DNA of 64,000 bases from the human T2T-CHM13v2.0 reference genome, Homo sapiens. The position numbers were made by a program, and so were the translations under genes. The notes below the pieces were generated by a model. The model saw only the letters and a program-made list of their open reading frames with translations, made no database searches and was not told where the DNA came from. The stretch lies in assembly GCF_009914755.1 (NCBI RefSeq), contig NC_060933.1; one strand, written 5' to 3'. Of the stretch, positions 27,001-41,365 are shown piece by piece (position 1 is the first letter of the stretch; each line of letters starts with the position of its first letter).

Positions 27001-29631
27001 GAATGGATTCAACTTGAATGGAATGGAAAGAATGGAATCAACACGAGTGGAATGGCATGGATTGGAATGGAATGGAATGGAATCAACCCGAGTACAGGGG
27101 AATAGAATGGAATGGAATGCAATGGAATGGAATCATCCGTAATGGAATGGAAAGGAATTTAATGGAATGGAATAGAATGGAATGGAATCAACTCGATTGC
27201 AATCGAATGGAATGGAATGGAATTAACCCGAATAGAATGGAATGGAATGGAATGGAACGGAACGGAACGGAATGGAATGGATTGGAATGGAATGGAATGG
27301 AATGGAACGGAATGGAATGGAATGGAATGGAATGGAATCAACGCGAGTGCAGGGGAATGGAATGGAATGGAATGCAATGGAAAGGAATCTTCCGCAATGG
27401 AATGGAATGGAATGGAATGGAATGGAATGGAATGGAATGCAATAAACCCGAGTGCAATGGAATGGAGTGGAATGGAATGGAATGGAATGGAATGGAATGG
27501 AACAACCCGAATGGAATGGAGTGGAATGGAGAGTGAGGGAGTTGAATAGAATCAATCCGAATGTAATGAAATGGAATGGAACGGAATGGAATTGAATGGA
27601 ATGGAATGGAATGCAATGGAATGGAATCAACCAGAGTGCAATGGAATGGAGAGGAATGGAATGGAATGGAATGGAATGGAAACTACCCGAATGGAATGGA
27701 ATGTAATGGAGTGTAAGGGAATTGAATAGGATCAATGCGAATGTAATGGGGGAATGGAATGGAATGGAATGCAATGGAATGGAATCATCCGTAATGCAAT
27801 GGAAAGGAATGGAATGGAATGCAATGGAATGGAATGGAATGGAATGGAATCAACTCGATTGCAATCGAATGGAATGGAATGGAATTAACCCGAATAGAAT
27901 GGAATGGAATGGAATGGAACGGAATGGAACGGAATGGAACGGAATGGAATGGTATGGAATGGAATGGAATGGAATGGAACGGAACGGAATGGATGGAATG
28001 GAATGGAATGGAATGGAACGGAACGGAATGGATGTAATGGAATGGAATGGAATGGAATGGAATCAACGCGAGTGCAGGGGAATGGAATGGAATGGAATGC
28101 AATGGAATGGAATCTTCCGGAATGGAATGGAATGGAATGGAATGGAATGGAATGGAATGAAATGCAATTGATTAAACTCGATTGCAATGGAATGGAATAG
28201 AATGGAATGGAATGGAATGCAATGGAATGGAATTAACCCGAATAGAATGGAATGGAATGGAATGGAACGGAATGGAACGGAATGGAACGGAATGGAATGG
28301 TATGGAATGGAATAGAATGGTACGGAATAGAATGGAATGGAAGGAATTGTAATGGAATGGAATTGCAAGGAATGGAATGGAATGGAATGGAATCAACGCG
28401 AGTGCAGGGGAATGTAATGGAACGGAATGCAATGGAATGGAATCATCCGGAATGGAGTTGAATGGAATGGAATGGAATGGAATCAACCCGAGTGCAATGG
28501 AATGGAGTGGAATGGAATGGAATGGAATGGAATGGAACAACCCAAATGGAATGGAATGTAATGGAGAGTAAGGGAGTTGAATAGAATCAATCCGAATGTA
28601 ATGGAATGGAATGCAACGGAATGGAATGGAATGGAATGGAATGGAATGGAATGGAATGCAATGGAATGGAATCAACCCGAGTACAATGGAATGGAATGGA
28701 ATGGAATGGAATGGAATGGAATGGAATGGAATGCCTTCAAACCGAATGGAATGGAAAGGAATGGAATCAACACGAGTGGAATGGAATGGAATGGAATGGA
28801 ATGGAATGGAATGGAATGATACGGAATAGAATGGAAGGGAACGAAATGGAATGGAATGGAATGGAATGGAATGGAATGGAATGGAATGGAATGGAATGGA
28901 ATCTTTCCGAGTGGAATAGGAGGGAATGTATTCGAGTGGAATGGAAAGGAATGGAATCAACCAGAGTGGAACGGAAGGGAATGGAATGGAATGGAAACTA
29001 ATAGAATGGAAACAACCCGAGTGGAATGGAATGGAAAAGACTGGAATGGGAAGGAATGGAATGGAATGGAATGGAATGGAATGGAATGGAATGGAATGGA
29101 ATCAACGCGAGTGCAGGGGAATGGAATGGAATGGAATGGAATGGAATGGAATCAACCCGAGTGCAGGGGAATGTAATGGAACGGAATGCAATGGAATGGA
29201 ATCATCCGTAATGGAATGGAAAGGAATGGAATGGAATCAACCCGAGTGCAATGGAATGGAGTGGAATGGAATGGAATGGAATGGAACAACCCGAATGGAA
29301 TGGAATGTAATGGAGATTAAGGGAGTTGAAAAGAATCAATCCGAATGTAATGGAATGGAATGGAACGGAATGGAATGGAATGAAATGGAATGGAATGGAA
29401 TGCAATGGAATGGAATCAACCCGAGTACAATGGAATGGAATGGAATGGAATGGAATGGAATGGAATGGAATGGAATGGAATGGAATACAATGGAATGGAA
29501 TCTTCCGGAATGGAATGGAATGGAATGGAATGGAATGCAATGGATTCAACTCGATTGCAATGGAATGGAATAGAATGGAATGGAATGGAATGGAATGGAA
29601 TGGAATTAAACCGAGTACAATGGAATGGAAT

Positions 29632-29671
29632 GGAACGGAACGGAACGGAACGGAACGGAACGGAACGGAAC
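29632..29671 (+). repeat. (GGAAC)8 variant-pentamer run, the longest seen in the window
   Basis: Eight consecutive GGAAC units. Runs of 5-6 occur at 33567, 35403, 41688 and 48806. Confidence 0.9.
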
Positions 29672-29936
29672 GGAGTGGAATGGAATGGAAAGGAATTGTA
29701 TGGAATGGAATGGAATGGTACGGAATAGAATGGAATGGAAAGAATTGGAAAGGAATGGAATCGAATGGAATGGAATGGAATGGAATGGAATCAACCCGAG
29801 TGCAGGGGAATGTAATGGAACGGTATGCAATGGAATGGAATCATCCGGAATGGAATGGAATGGAATGGAATGGAATGGAATGGAATGGAATCAACCCGAG
29901 CGCAATGGAATGGAGTGGAATGGAATGGAATGGAAT

Positions 29937-30215
29937 GGAACAACCCGAATGGAATGCAATGTAATGGAGTGTAAGGGAATTGAATAGAATCAATCCGAAT
30001 GAAATGGAATGGAATGGAATGGAATGGAATGGAACAACCCGAATGGAATGGAATGTAATGGAGTGTAAGGGAATTGAATAGAATCAATCCGAATGTAATG
30101 GAATGGAATGGAACGGAATGGAATGGAATGGAATGGAATGGAACAACCCGAATGGAATGGAATGTAATGGAGAGTTAGGGAGTTGTATAGAATCAATCCG
30201 AATGTAATGTAATGG
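29937..30215 (+). repeat. Imperfect triplication of a ~95-110 bp module
   Basis: GGAACAACCCGAAT...GTAATGGAG...AATCAATCCGAAT, with CAACCCG at 29941, 30035 and 30144. Confidence 0.75.
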
Positions 30216-33200
30216 AATGGAATGGAATGGAATGGAATGGAATGGAATGGAATGGAATGCAATGGAATGGAATCAACCCGAGTACAATGGAACGGAATGG
30301 AATGGAATGTAATGGAATGGAATGGAATGGAATGGAATGGAATCAACCCGAGTGCAATGGAATAGAGAGGAATGGAATGGAATTGAATGGAAACTACCCG
30401 AATGGAATGGAATGTAATGGAGTGTAAGGGAATTGAATAGAATCAATCCGAATGGAATGGAATGGAATGGAAAGGAATGTAATGGAATGCAATGGAATGG
30501 AATCAACCCGAGTGCAGGGGAATGGAATGGAAAGGAATGCAATGGAATGGAATCATCCGGAATGGAATGGAATGGAATGGAATGGAATGGAATGGAATCA
30601 ACCCGAGTGCAATGGAATGGAGTGAAATGGAATGGAATGGAATGGAAACAACCAGAATGGATTGGAATATAATGGAGTGTAAGGGAATTGAATAGAATCA
30701 ATCTGAATGTAATGAAATGGAATGGAACGGAATGGAATGGATTGGAATGGAATGGAATGGAATGGAATGCAATGGAATGGAATCAACCCGAGTGCAATCG
30801 AATGGAATCGAATGGAATGGAATGCAATGGAATGGATTCAACTTGAATGGAATGGAAAGAATGGAATCAACACGAGTGGAATGGCATGGATTGGAATGGA
30901 ATGGAATGGAAACAACCCGAGTACAGGGGAATGGAATGGAATGGAATGCAATGGAAAGGAATCATCCGTAATGGAATGGAAAGGAATGGAATGGAACGGA
31001 ATGGAATGGAATGGAATGGAATGGAATCAACTCGATAGCAATCGAATGGAATGGAATGGAATTAACCCGAATAGAATGGAATGGAATGGAATGGAACGGA
31101 ACGGAATGGAATGGAACGGAATGGAATGGAACGGAACGGAATGGAATGGAATGGAATGGAATGGAATGGAATGGAATCAACGCGAGTGCAGGGGAATGGA
31201 ATGGAATGGAATGCAATGGAATGGAATCTTCCGGAATGGAATGGAATGGAATGGAATGAAATGCAATGGATTCAACTCGATTGCAATGGAATGGAATAGA
31301 ATGGAATGGAATGGAATGGAATGGAATGGAATGGAATTAACCCGAATAGAATGGAATGGAATGGAATGGAACGGAATGGAACGGAATGGAATGGAATGGA
31401 ATGGAACGGAATGGTATGGAATGGAATGGAATGGTACGGAATAGAATGGAATGGAACGAATTGTAATGGAATGGAATTGAATGGAATGGAGTGGAATGGA
31501 ATGGAATCAACGCGAGTGCAGGGGAATGTAATGGAACGGAATGCAATGGAATGGAATCATCCGGAATGGAATGGAATGGAATGGAATGGAATGGAATGGA
31601 ATGGAATCAATCCGAGTGCAATGGAATGGAGTGGAATGGAATGGAATGGAATGGAACAACGCGAATGGAATGGAATGTAATGGAGAGTAAGGGAGTTGAA
31701 TAGAATCAATCCGAATGTAATGGAATGGAATGCAACGGAATGGAATGGAATAGAATGGAATGGAATGGAATGGAATGGAATGCAAAGGAATGGAATCAAC
31801 CCGAGTGGAATGGCATGGAATGGAATGCAATGGATTGGAATGGAATGGAATCAACTCGAGTGGAAAGGAATGGAATGGAAAGGAAAGGAATGGAAGGAAG
31901 TCAACTCGAGTGGAATGGAATGGAATGGAATGGATTGGAATGGATTGCAATGGAATGGAATGGAATGGAATCAATCATGGAAGTGAATGTAATGGAGTGG
32001 AAAGAAGGGAATGGAATCAACCCGAGTGGAATGCAAGACAATGGAATGGAATGGAAAGGAATGGAATGGAATCAACTCGATTGCAATGGAATGGAATGGA
32101 ATGGAATGGAATGGAATGGAATTAACCGGAATAGAAAGGAATGGAATGGAATGGAACGGAATGGAATGGAATGGAAGGGATTGGAATCAACACGAGTGCA
32201 GGGGAATGGAATGGAATGGAATGCAATGGAATGGAATCATCCGGAATGGAATGGAATGGAATGGAATCAACTCCATTGCAATGGAATGGAATGGAATGGA
32301 ATGGAATAGAATGGAATGGAATTAACCAGAATAGAATGGAATGCAATAGAATGGAATGCAACGGAACCGAATGGAGTGGAATGGAATTGAATGGAATCAA
32401 CCCGAGTACAGGGGAATGGAATGGAATGGAATGCAATGGAATGGAGTCATCCGTAATGGAATGGAAAGGAATGGAATGGAATGGAATGGAATGGAATGGA
32501 ATGGAATCAACTCGATGGCAATCGAATGGAATGGAATGGAATTAACCCGAATAGAATGGAATGGAATGGAATGGAACGGAATGGAATGGAATGGAATGGA
32601 ATGGAATGGAATGGAACGGAACGGAATGGAATGGAATGGAATGGAATGGAATCAACGCGAGTGCAGGGGAATGGAATGGAATGGAATGCAATGGAATGGA
32701 ATCCTCCGTAATGGAATGGAATGGAATGGAATGAAAGGCAATGGATTCAACTCGATTGCAATGGAATGGAATAGAATGGAATGGAATGGAATGGAAAGGA
32801 ATGGATTTGAATGGAAAGGAATGCCTTCAAACCGAATGGAATGGAAAGGAATGGAATCAACATGAGTGGAAAGGAATGGAATGGAAAGGAATGGAATGGA
32901 ATGGAATGGTACGGAATAGAACGGAATGGAACGAACTGGAATGGAATGGAATGGAATGGAATGGAATGGAATGGAATGGAATCGTTCCGAGTGGAATAGG
33001 AGGGAATGTATTCGAGTGGAATGGAAAGGAATGGAATCAACCAGAGTGGAATGCAAGGGAATGGAATGGAATGGAAACTAATAGAATGGAATCAACCCGA
33101 GTGGAATGGAATGGAAAGGACTGGAATGGAATGGAATGGAATGGAATGGAATGGAATCAACTCGATTGTAATGGAATGGAATGAAATGGAATGGAATGGA

Positions 33201-36020
33201 ATGGAATGGAATGGAATGGAATTAACCCGAATACATTGGAATGGAATGGAATGGAACGGAATGGAGTGGAATGGAATGGAATCAACCCGAGTGCAGGGGA
33301 ATGGAATGGAATCAATGCAATGGAATGGAATCACCCGGAATGGAATGGAATGGAATGGAATGCAAAGCAATGGAATCAACTCGATTGCAATGGAATGGAA
33401 TGGAATGGAAAGGAATACATTGGAATCAACCCGAGTCGAATGGAATGGAAAGGACTGGAATGGAGTGGAATGGAATGGAATGCAATGGAATGGAATCAAC
33501 TCTATTGGAATGGAATGGAATGGAATGGAATGGAATTAACCCGAATAGAATGGAATGGAATGGAATGGAACGGAACGGAACGGAACGGAACGGAACGGAA
33601 TGGAATGGAATGGAATGGAATGGAATGGAATCAATCATTCCGAGTGGAATGGAAGGGAATGTAATGGAGTGGAAAGAAGGGAATGGAATCAACCCGAGTG
33701 GAATGCAAGACAATGGAATGGAATGGAAAGGAATGGAATGGAATCAACTCGATTGCAATGGAATGGAAGGGAATGGAATGGAATGGAATGGAATTAACCG
33801 GAATAGAATGGAATGGAATGGAATGGAACGGAATGGAATGGAATGGAAGGGAATGGGATCAACACGAGTGCAGGGGAATGGAATGGAATGGAATGCAATG
33901 GAATGGAATCATCCGGAATGGAATGGAATGGAATCGTACCAACTCCATTGCAATGGAATGGAATGGAATGGAATGGAATAGAATGGAATGGAATTAACCC
34001 GAATAGAATGGAATGCAATAGAATGGAATGCAACGGAACCGAATGGAGTGGAATGGAATGGAATGGAATCAACCCGAGTACAGAGGAATGGAATGGAATG
34101 GAATGCAATGGAATGGAGTCATCCGTAATGGAATGGAATGGAATGGAATGGAATGGAATGGAATGGAATGGAATGGAATGGAATGGAATGGAATCAACTC
34201 GATGGCAGTCGAATGGAATGGAATGGAATCAACCCGAATAGAATGGAATGGAATGGAATGGAACGGAACGGAATGGAATGGAATGGAATGGAATGGAACG
34301 GAACGGAATGGAATGGAATGGAATGGAATGGAATTAACGCGAGTGCAGGGGAATGGAATGGAATGGAATGCAATAGAATGGAATCTTCCGGAATGGAATG
34401 GAATGGAATGGAATGGAATGGAATGGAATGGAATAAACCCGAGTGCAATGGAATGGAGTGGAATGGAATGGAATGGAATGGAACAGCCCGAATGGAATGG
34501 AATGTAATGGAGAGTAAGGGAGTTGAATAGAATCAATCCGAATGTAATGGAATTGAATGAAACGGAATGGAATTGAATGGAATGGAATGGAATGCAATGG
34601 AATGGAATCAACCCGAGTGCAATGGAATGGAGAGGAATGGAATGGAATGGAATGGAAACTACCCGAATGGAATGGAATGTAATGGAGTGTAAGGGAATTG
34701 AATAGAATCAATCCGAATGTAATGGAATGGAATGGAACGGAATGGAATGGAATGGAATGCAATGGAATGGAATCAACCCGAGTGCAATCGAATGGAATCG
34801 AATGGAATGGAATGCAATGGAATGGATTCAACTTGAATGGAATGGAAAGAATGGAATGTACACGAGTGGAAGGGCATGGATTGGAATGCAATGGAATGGA
34901 ATCAACCCGAGTACAGGGGAATGGAATGGAATGCAATGCAATGGAATGGAATCATCCGTAATGGAATGGAAAGGAATGGAATGGAATGGAATGGAATGGA
35001 ATGGAATGGAATGGAATCAACACGATTGCAATCGAATGGAATGGAATGGAATTAACCCGAATAGAATGGAATGGAATGGAATGGAATGGAACGGAACGGA
35101 ATGGAATGGAATAGAATCAACCCGAGTGCAGGGGAATGGAATGGAATGGAATGCAATGGAATGGAATCATCCGGAATGGAATGGAATGGAATGGAATGCA
35201 AAGCAATGGAATCAACTCGATTGCAATGTAATGCAATGGAATGGAAAGGAATACATTGGAATCAACCCGAGTGGAATGGAATGGAAAGGACTGGAATGGA
35301 GTGGAATGGAATGGAATGGAATGGAATGGAATCAACTCGATTGGAATGGAATGGAATGGAATGGAATGGAACGGAATTAACCCGAATAGAATGGAATGGA
35401 ATGGAACGGAACGGAACGGAACGGAACGGAATGGAATGGAATGGAAGGAATGGAATGGAATGGAATGGAATGGAATGGAATCAACCCGACTGCAGGGGAA
35501 TGGAATGGAATGGAATGCAATGGAATGGATTCAACTTGAATGGAATGGAAAGAATGGAATGGAATGGAATGGAATGGAATGGAATGGAATGGAATCAACT
35601 CGATTGCAGTCGAATGGAATGGAATGGAATTAACCCGAATAGAATGGAATGGAATGGAATGGAACGGAACGGAACGGAACGGAACCGAATGGAATGGAAT
35701 GGAATGGAATGGAACGGAAAGGAATGGAATGGAATGGAATGGAAAGGAATGGAATGGAATCAACGCGAGTGCAGGGGAAAGGAATGGAATGGAATGCAAT
35801 GGAATGGAATCTTCCGGAATGGAATGGAATGGAATGGAATGGAATGGAATGGAATGGAATGGAATAAACCCGAGTGCAATGGAATGGAGTGGAATGGAAT
35901 GGAATGGAATGGAACAACCCGAATGGAATGGAATGTAATGGAGAGTAAGGGAGTTGAATAGAATCAATCCGAATGTAATGGAATGGAATGGAACGGAATG
36001 GAATTGAATGGAATGGAATG

Positions 36021-36275
36021 GAATGCAATGGAATGGAATCAACCCGAGTGCAATGGAATGGAGAGGAATGGAATGGAATGGAGTGGAAAGTACCCGAATG
36101 GAATGGAATGCAATGGAATGGAATCAACCCGAGTGCAATGGAATGGAGAGGAATGGAATGGAATGGAGTGGAAACTACCCGAATGGAATGGAATGCAATG
36201 GAATGGAATCAACCCGAGTGCAATGGAATGGAGAGGAATGGAATGGAATGGAATGGAAACTACACGAATCGAATG
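36021..36275 (+). repeat. 85-bp tandem triplication
   Basis: CAACCCGAGT at 36040/36125/36210 and GAGAGG at 36061/36146/36231, an exact 85-bp (17-pentamer) period. Confidence 0.9.
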
Positions 36276-39200
36276 GAATGTAATGGAGTGTAAGGGAATT
36301 GAATAGAATGAATCCGAATGGAATGGAATGGAATGGAATCAACGCGAGTGCAGGGGAATGGAATGTAATGGAATGCAATGGAATGGAATCTTACGGAATG
36401 GAATGGAATGGAATGGAATGCAATGGATTCAACTCGATTGCAATGGAATGGAATAGAATGGAATGGAATGGAATGGAATGGAATTAACCCGAATTGAATG
36501 GAATGGAATGGAACGGAATGGAACGGAACGGAATGGAATGGAATGGAATGGAATGGAATGGAATGGAATGGTCGGGAATGGAATGGAATGGAATGGAATC
36601 AACGCGAGTGCAGGGGAATGTAATGGAACAGAATGTAATGGAATGGAATCATCCGGAATGGAATGGAATGGAATGGAATGGAATGGAATCAACCCGAGTG
36701 CAATGGAATGGAGTGGAATGGAATGGAATGGAATGGAACAACCCGAATGGAATGGAATGTAATGGAGAGTAAGGGAGTTGAATAGAATCAATCCGAATGT
36801 AATGGAATGGAATGGAACGGAATGGAATGGAATGGAATGGAATGCAATTGAATGGAATCAACCCGAGTACAATGGAATGGAATGGAATGGAATGGCTTCA
36901 AACCGAATGGAATGGAAAGGAATGGAATCAACACGAGTGGAATGGAATGGAATGGAATGGAATGCAATCGAATGGAATGTAATGGTATGGAATAGAATGG
37001 AATGGAAAGAAATGGAATGGAATGGAATGGAATGGAATGGAATGGAATGGAATGGAATGGAATGGAATGGAATCGTTCCGAGTGGAATAGGAGGGAATGT
37101 ATTCGAGTGGATTGGAAAGGAATGGAATCAACCAGAGTGGAATGGAAGGGAATGGAATGGAATGGAAACTAATAGAATGGAATCAACCCGAGTGGAATGG
37201 AATGGAAAGGACTGGAATGGAATGGAATGGAATGGAATGGAATGAAATGGAATCAACTCGATTGTAATGGAATGGAATGGAATGGAATGGAATGGAATGG
37301 AATGGAATGGAATGGAATTAACCCAAATACAATGGAATGGAATGGAACGGAATGGAGTGGAATGGAATGGAATCAACCCGAGTGCAGGGGAATGGAATGG
37401 AATGGAATGCAATGGAATGGAATCATCCGGAATGGAATGGAATGGAATGGAATGCAAAGCAATGGAATCAACTCGATTGCAATGGAATGGAATGGACTGG
37501 AAAGGAATACATTGGAATCAACCCGAGTGGAATGGAATGGAAAGGACTGGAATGGAGTGGAATGGAATGGAATGGAATCAACTCGATTGGAATGGAATGG
37601 AATGGAATGGAATGGAATGGAATGGAATTATCCCGAATAGAATGGAATGGAATTAAATGGAACGGAACGGAATGAAATGGAATGGAATGTAATGGAATGG
37701 AATGGAATGGAATCAACCCGACTGCAGGGGAATGGAATGGAATGGAATGCAATGGAATGGATTCAACTTGAATGGAATGGAAAGAATGGAATCAACACGA
37801 GTGGAATGGCATGGATTGGAATGGAATGGAATGGAATGAACCCGAGTACAGGGGAATGGAATGGAATGGAATGCAATGGAATGGAATCATCCGTAATGGA
37901 ATGGAAAGGAATGGAATGGAATGGAAGGGAATGGAATGGAATGGAATGGAATCAACTCGATTGCAATCGAATGGAATGGAATGGAATTAACCCGAATAGA
38001 ATTGAATGGAATGGAATGGAACGGAACGGAACGGAACGGAATGGAATGGAATGGAATGGAATGGAATGGAATGGAACGGAAAGGAACGGAATGGAATGGA
38101 ATGGAATCAACGCGAGTGCAGGGGAATGGAATGTAATGGAATGCAATGGAATGGAATCTTCCGGAATGGAATGGAATGGAATGGAATGGAATCAACCCGA
38201 GTGCAATGGAATGGAGTGGAATGGAATGGAATGGAATGGAACAACCCTAATGGAATGGAATGTAATGGAGAGTAAGGGAGTTGAATAGAATCATTCCGAA
38301 TGTAATAGAATGGAATGGAACGGAATGGAATTGAATGAAATGGAATGGAATGCAATGGAATGGAATCAACCCGAGTGCAATGGAATGGAGAGGAATGGAA
38401 TGGAATGGAATGAAAACTACCCGAATGGAATGGAATGTAATGGAGTGTAAGGGAATTGAATAGAATCAATCTGAATGTAATGGAATGGAATGGAACGGAA
38501 TGGAATGGAATGGAATGGAATGGAATGGAATGGAATGGAATCAACAAGAGTGCAATCGAATGGAATCGAATGGAATGCAATGCAATGGAATGGATTCAAC
38601 TTGAATGGAATGGAAAGAATGGAATCAACACGAGTGGAATGGCATGGATTGGAATGGAATGGAATGGAATCAACCCGAGTACAGGGGAATGGAATGGAAT
38701 GGAATGCAATGGAATGGAATCATCCGTAATGGAATGGAAAGGAATGGAATGGAATGGAATGGAATGGAATGGAATGGAATCAACTCGATTTTAATCGAAT
38801 GGAATGGAATGGAATTACCCAAATGGAATGGAATGGAACGGAACGGAATGGAATGGAATGGATTGGAATGGAATGGAACGGAACGGAACGGAACGGAATG
38901 GAATGGAATGGAATGGAATGGAATGGAATCAACACGAGTGTAGGGGAATGGAATGGAATGGAATGCAATGGAATGGAATCTTCCGGAATGGAATGGAATG
39001 GAATGGAATGAAATGCAATGGATTCAACTCGATTGCAATGGAATGGAATAGAATGGAATGGAATGGAATGGAATGGAATTAACCCGAATAGAATGGAATG
39101 GAATGGAATGGAAAGGAATGGAACGGAATGGAATGGAATGGAATAGAATGGAATGGAATGGAATGGTATGGAATGGAATGGAATAGTACGGAATAGAATG

Positions 39201-39509
39201 GAATGGAACGAATTGTAATGGAATGGAACTGAATGGAATGGAATGGAATGGAATGGAATCAACGCGAGTGCAGGGGAATGTAATGGAACAGAATGCAATG
39301 GAATGGAATCATCCGGAATGGAATGCAATGGAATGGAATGGAATCAACCCGAGTGCAATGGAATGGAGTGGAATGGAATGGAATGGAATGGAACAACCCG
39401 AATGGAATGGAATGGAATGGAGAGTAAGGGAGTTGAATAGAATCAATCCGAATGTAATGGAATGGAATTGAACGGAATGGAATGGAATGGAATGGAATGG
39501 AATGGAATG

Positions 39510-41365
39510 GAATGCAATGGAAAGGAATCAACACGAGTACAATGGAATGGAATGGAATGGAATGGAATGGAATGGAATGGAATGGAATGGAATGGAATGG
39601 ATTGGAATGCCTTCAAACCGAATGGAATGGAAAGGAATGGAATCAACACGAGTGGAATGGAATGGAATGGAAAGGAATGGAATGGAATGGAATGGTACGA
39701 AATAGAATGGAATGGAACGAAATGGAATGGAATGGAATGGAATAGAATGGAGTCGTTCAGAGTGGAATAGGAGGGAACGTATTCGAGTGGAATGGAAAGG
39801 AATGGAATCAACGAGAGTGGAATGGAAGGGAAGGGAATGGAATGGAAACTAATAGAATGGAATCAACCCGAGTGGAATGGAATGGAAATGACTGGAATGG
39901 AATGGAATGGTATGGAATGGAATGGAATGGAATGGAATCAACTCGATTGTAATGGATTGGAATGGAATGGAATTGAATGGAATGGAATGGAATTAACCCG
40001 AATAAAACGGAATGGAATGGAATGGAACGGAATGGAGTGGAATGGAATGGAATCAACCCGAGTGCAGGGGAATGGAATGGAATGGAATGCAATGGAATGG
40101 AATCATCCGGAATGGAATGGAATGGAATGGAATGCAAAGCAATGGAATCAACTCGATTGCAATGGAATGGAATGGAATGGAAAGGAATACATTGGAATCA
40201 ACCCGAGTGGAATGGAATGGAAAGGACTGGAATGGAGTGGAATGGAATGGAATGGAAAGGAATGGAATCAACTCGATTGGAATGGAATGGAATGGAATGG
40301 AATGGAATGGAATGGAATTAACCCGAATAGAATGGAAAGGAATTAAATGGAAAGGAACGGAATGGAATGGAATGGAATGGAATGGAATGGAATGGAATGG
40401 AATCAACCCGACTGAAGGGGAATGGAATGGAATGGAATGCAATGGAATGGAATCAACCCGAGTACAATGGAATGGAATAGAATGGAATGGAATGGAATGG
40501 AATGGAATGGAATGGAATGGAATTGAATGGATTGGAATGCCTTCAAACCGAATGGAATGGAAAGGAATGGAATCAACACGAGTGGAATGGAATGGAATGG
40601 AAAGGAATGGAATGGAATGGAATGGTACGGAATAGAATGGAATGGAACGAAATGGAATGGAATGGAATGGAATAGAATGGAATCGTTCAGTGTGGAATAG
40701 GAGGGAACGTATTCGAGTGGAATGGAAAGGAATGGAATCAACCAGAGTGGAAAGGAAGGGAATGGAATGGAATGGAAACTAATAGAATGGAATCAACCCG
40801 AGTGGAATGGAATGGAAATGACTGGAATGGAATGGAATGGAATGGAATGGAATGGAATGGAATCAACTCGATTGTAATGGATTGGAATGGAATGGAATTA
40901 AATGGAATGGAATGGAATTAACCCGAATAAAACGGAATGGAATGGAATGGAAAGGAATGGAGTGGAATGGAATGGAATCAACCCGAGTGCAGGGGAATGG
41001 AATGGAATGGAATGCAATGGAATGGAATCATCCGGAATGGAATGGAATGGAATGGAATGCAAAGCAATGGAATCAACTTGATTGCAATGGAATGGAATGG
41101 AATGGAAAGGAATACATTGGAATCAACCCGAGTGGAATGGAATGGAAAGGAATGGAATGGAGTGGAATGGAATGGAATGGAATGGAATGGAATCAACTCG
41201 ATTGGAATGGAATGGAATGGAATGGAATGGAATGGAATGGAATGGAATTAACCCGAATAGAATGGAATGGAATTAAATGGAAAGGAACGGAATGGAATGG
41301 AATGGAATGGAATGCAATGGAATCAACCCGACTGAAGGGGAAAGGAATGGAATGGAATGCAATGG
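39510..41365 (+). repeat. ~930-bp tandem duplication
   Basis: Private variants shared by the two halves: ATTGGAATGCCTTC 39601/40531, CGTTCAG 39754/40684, GAGGGAACGTATTCG 39771/40701, AATAAAACGG 40001/40926, ACTGAAGGGG 40411/41331. Confidence 0.88.
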
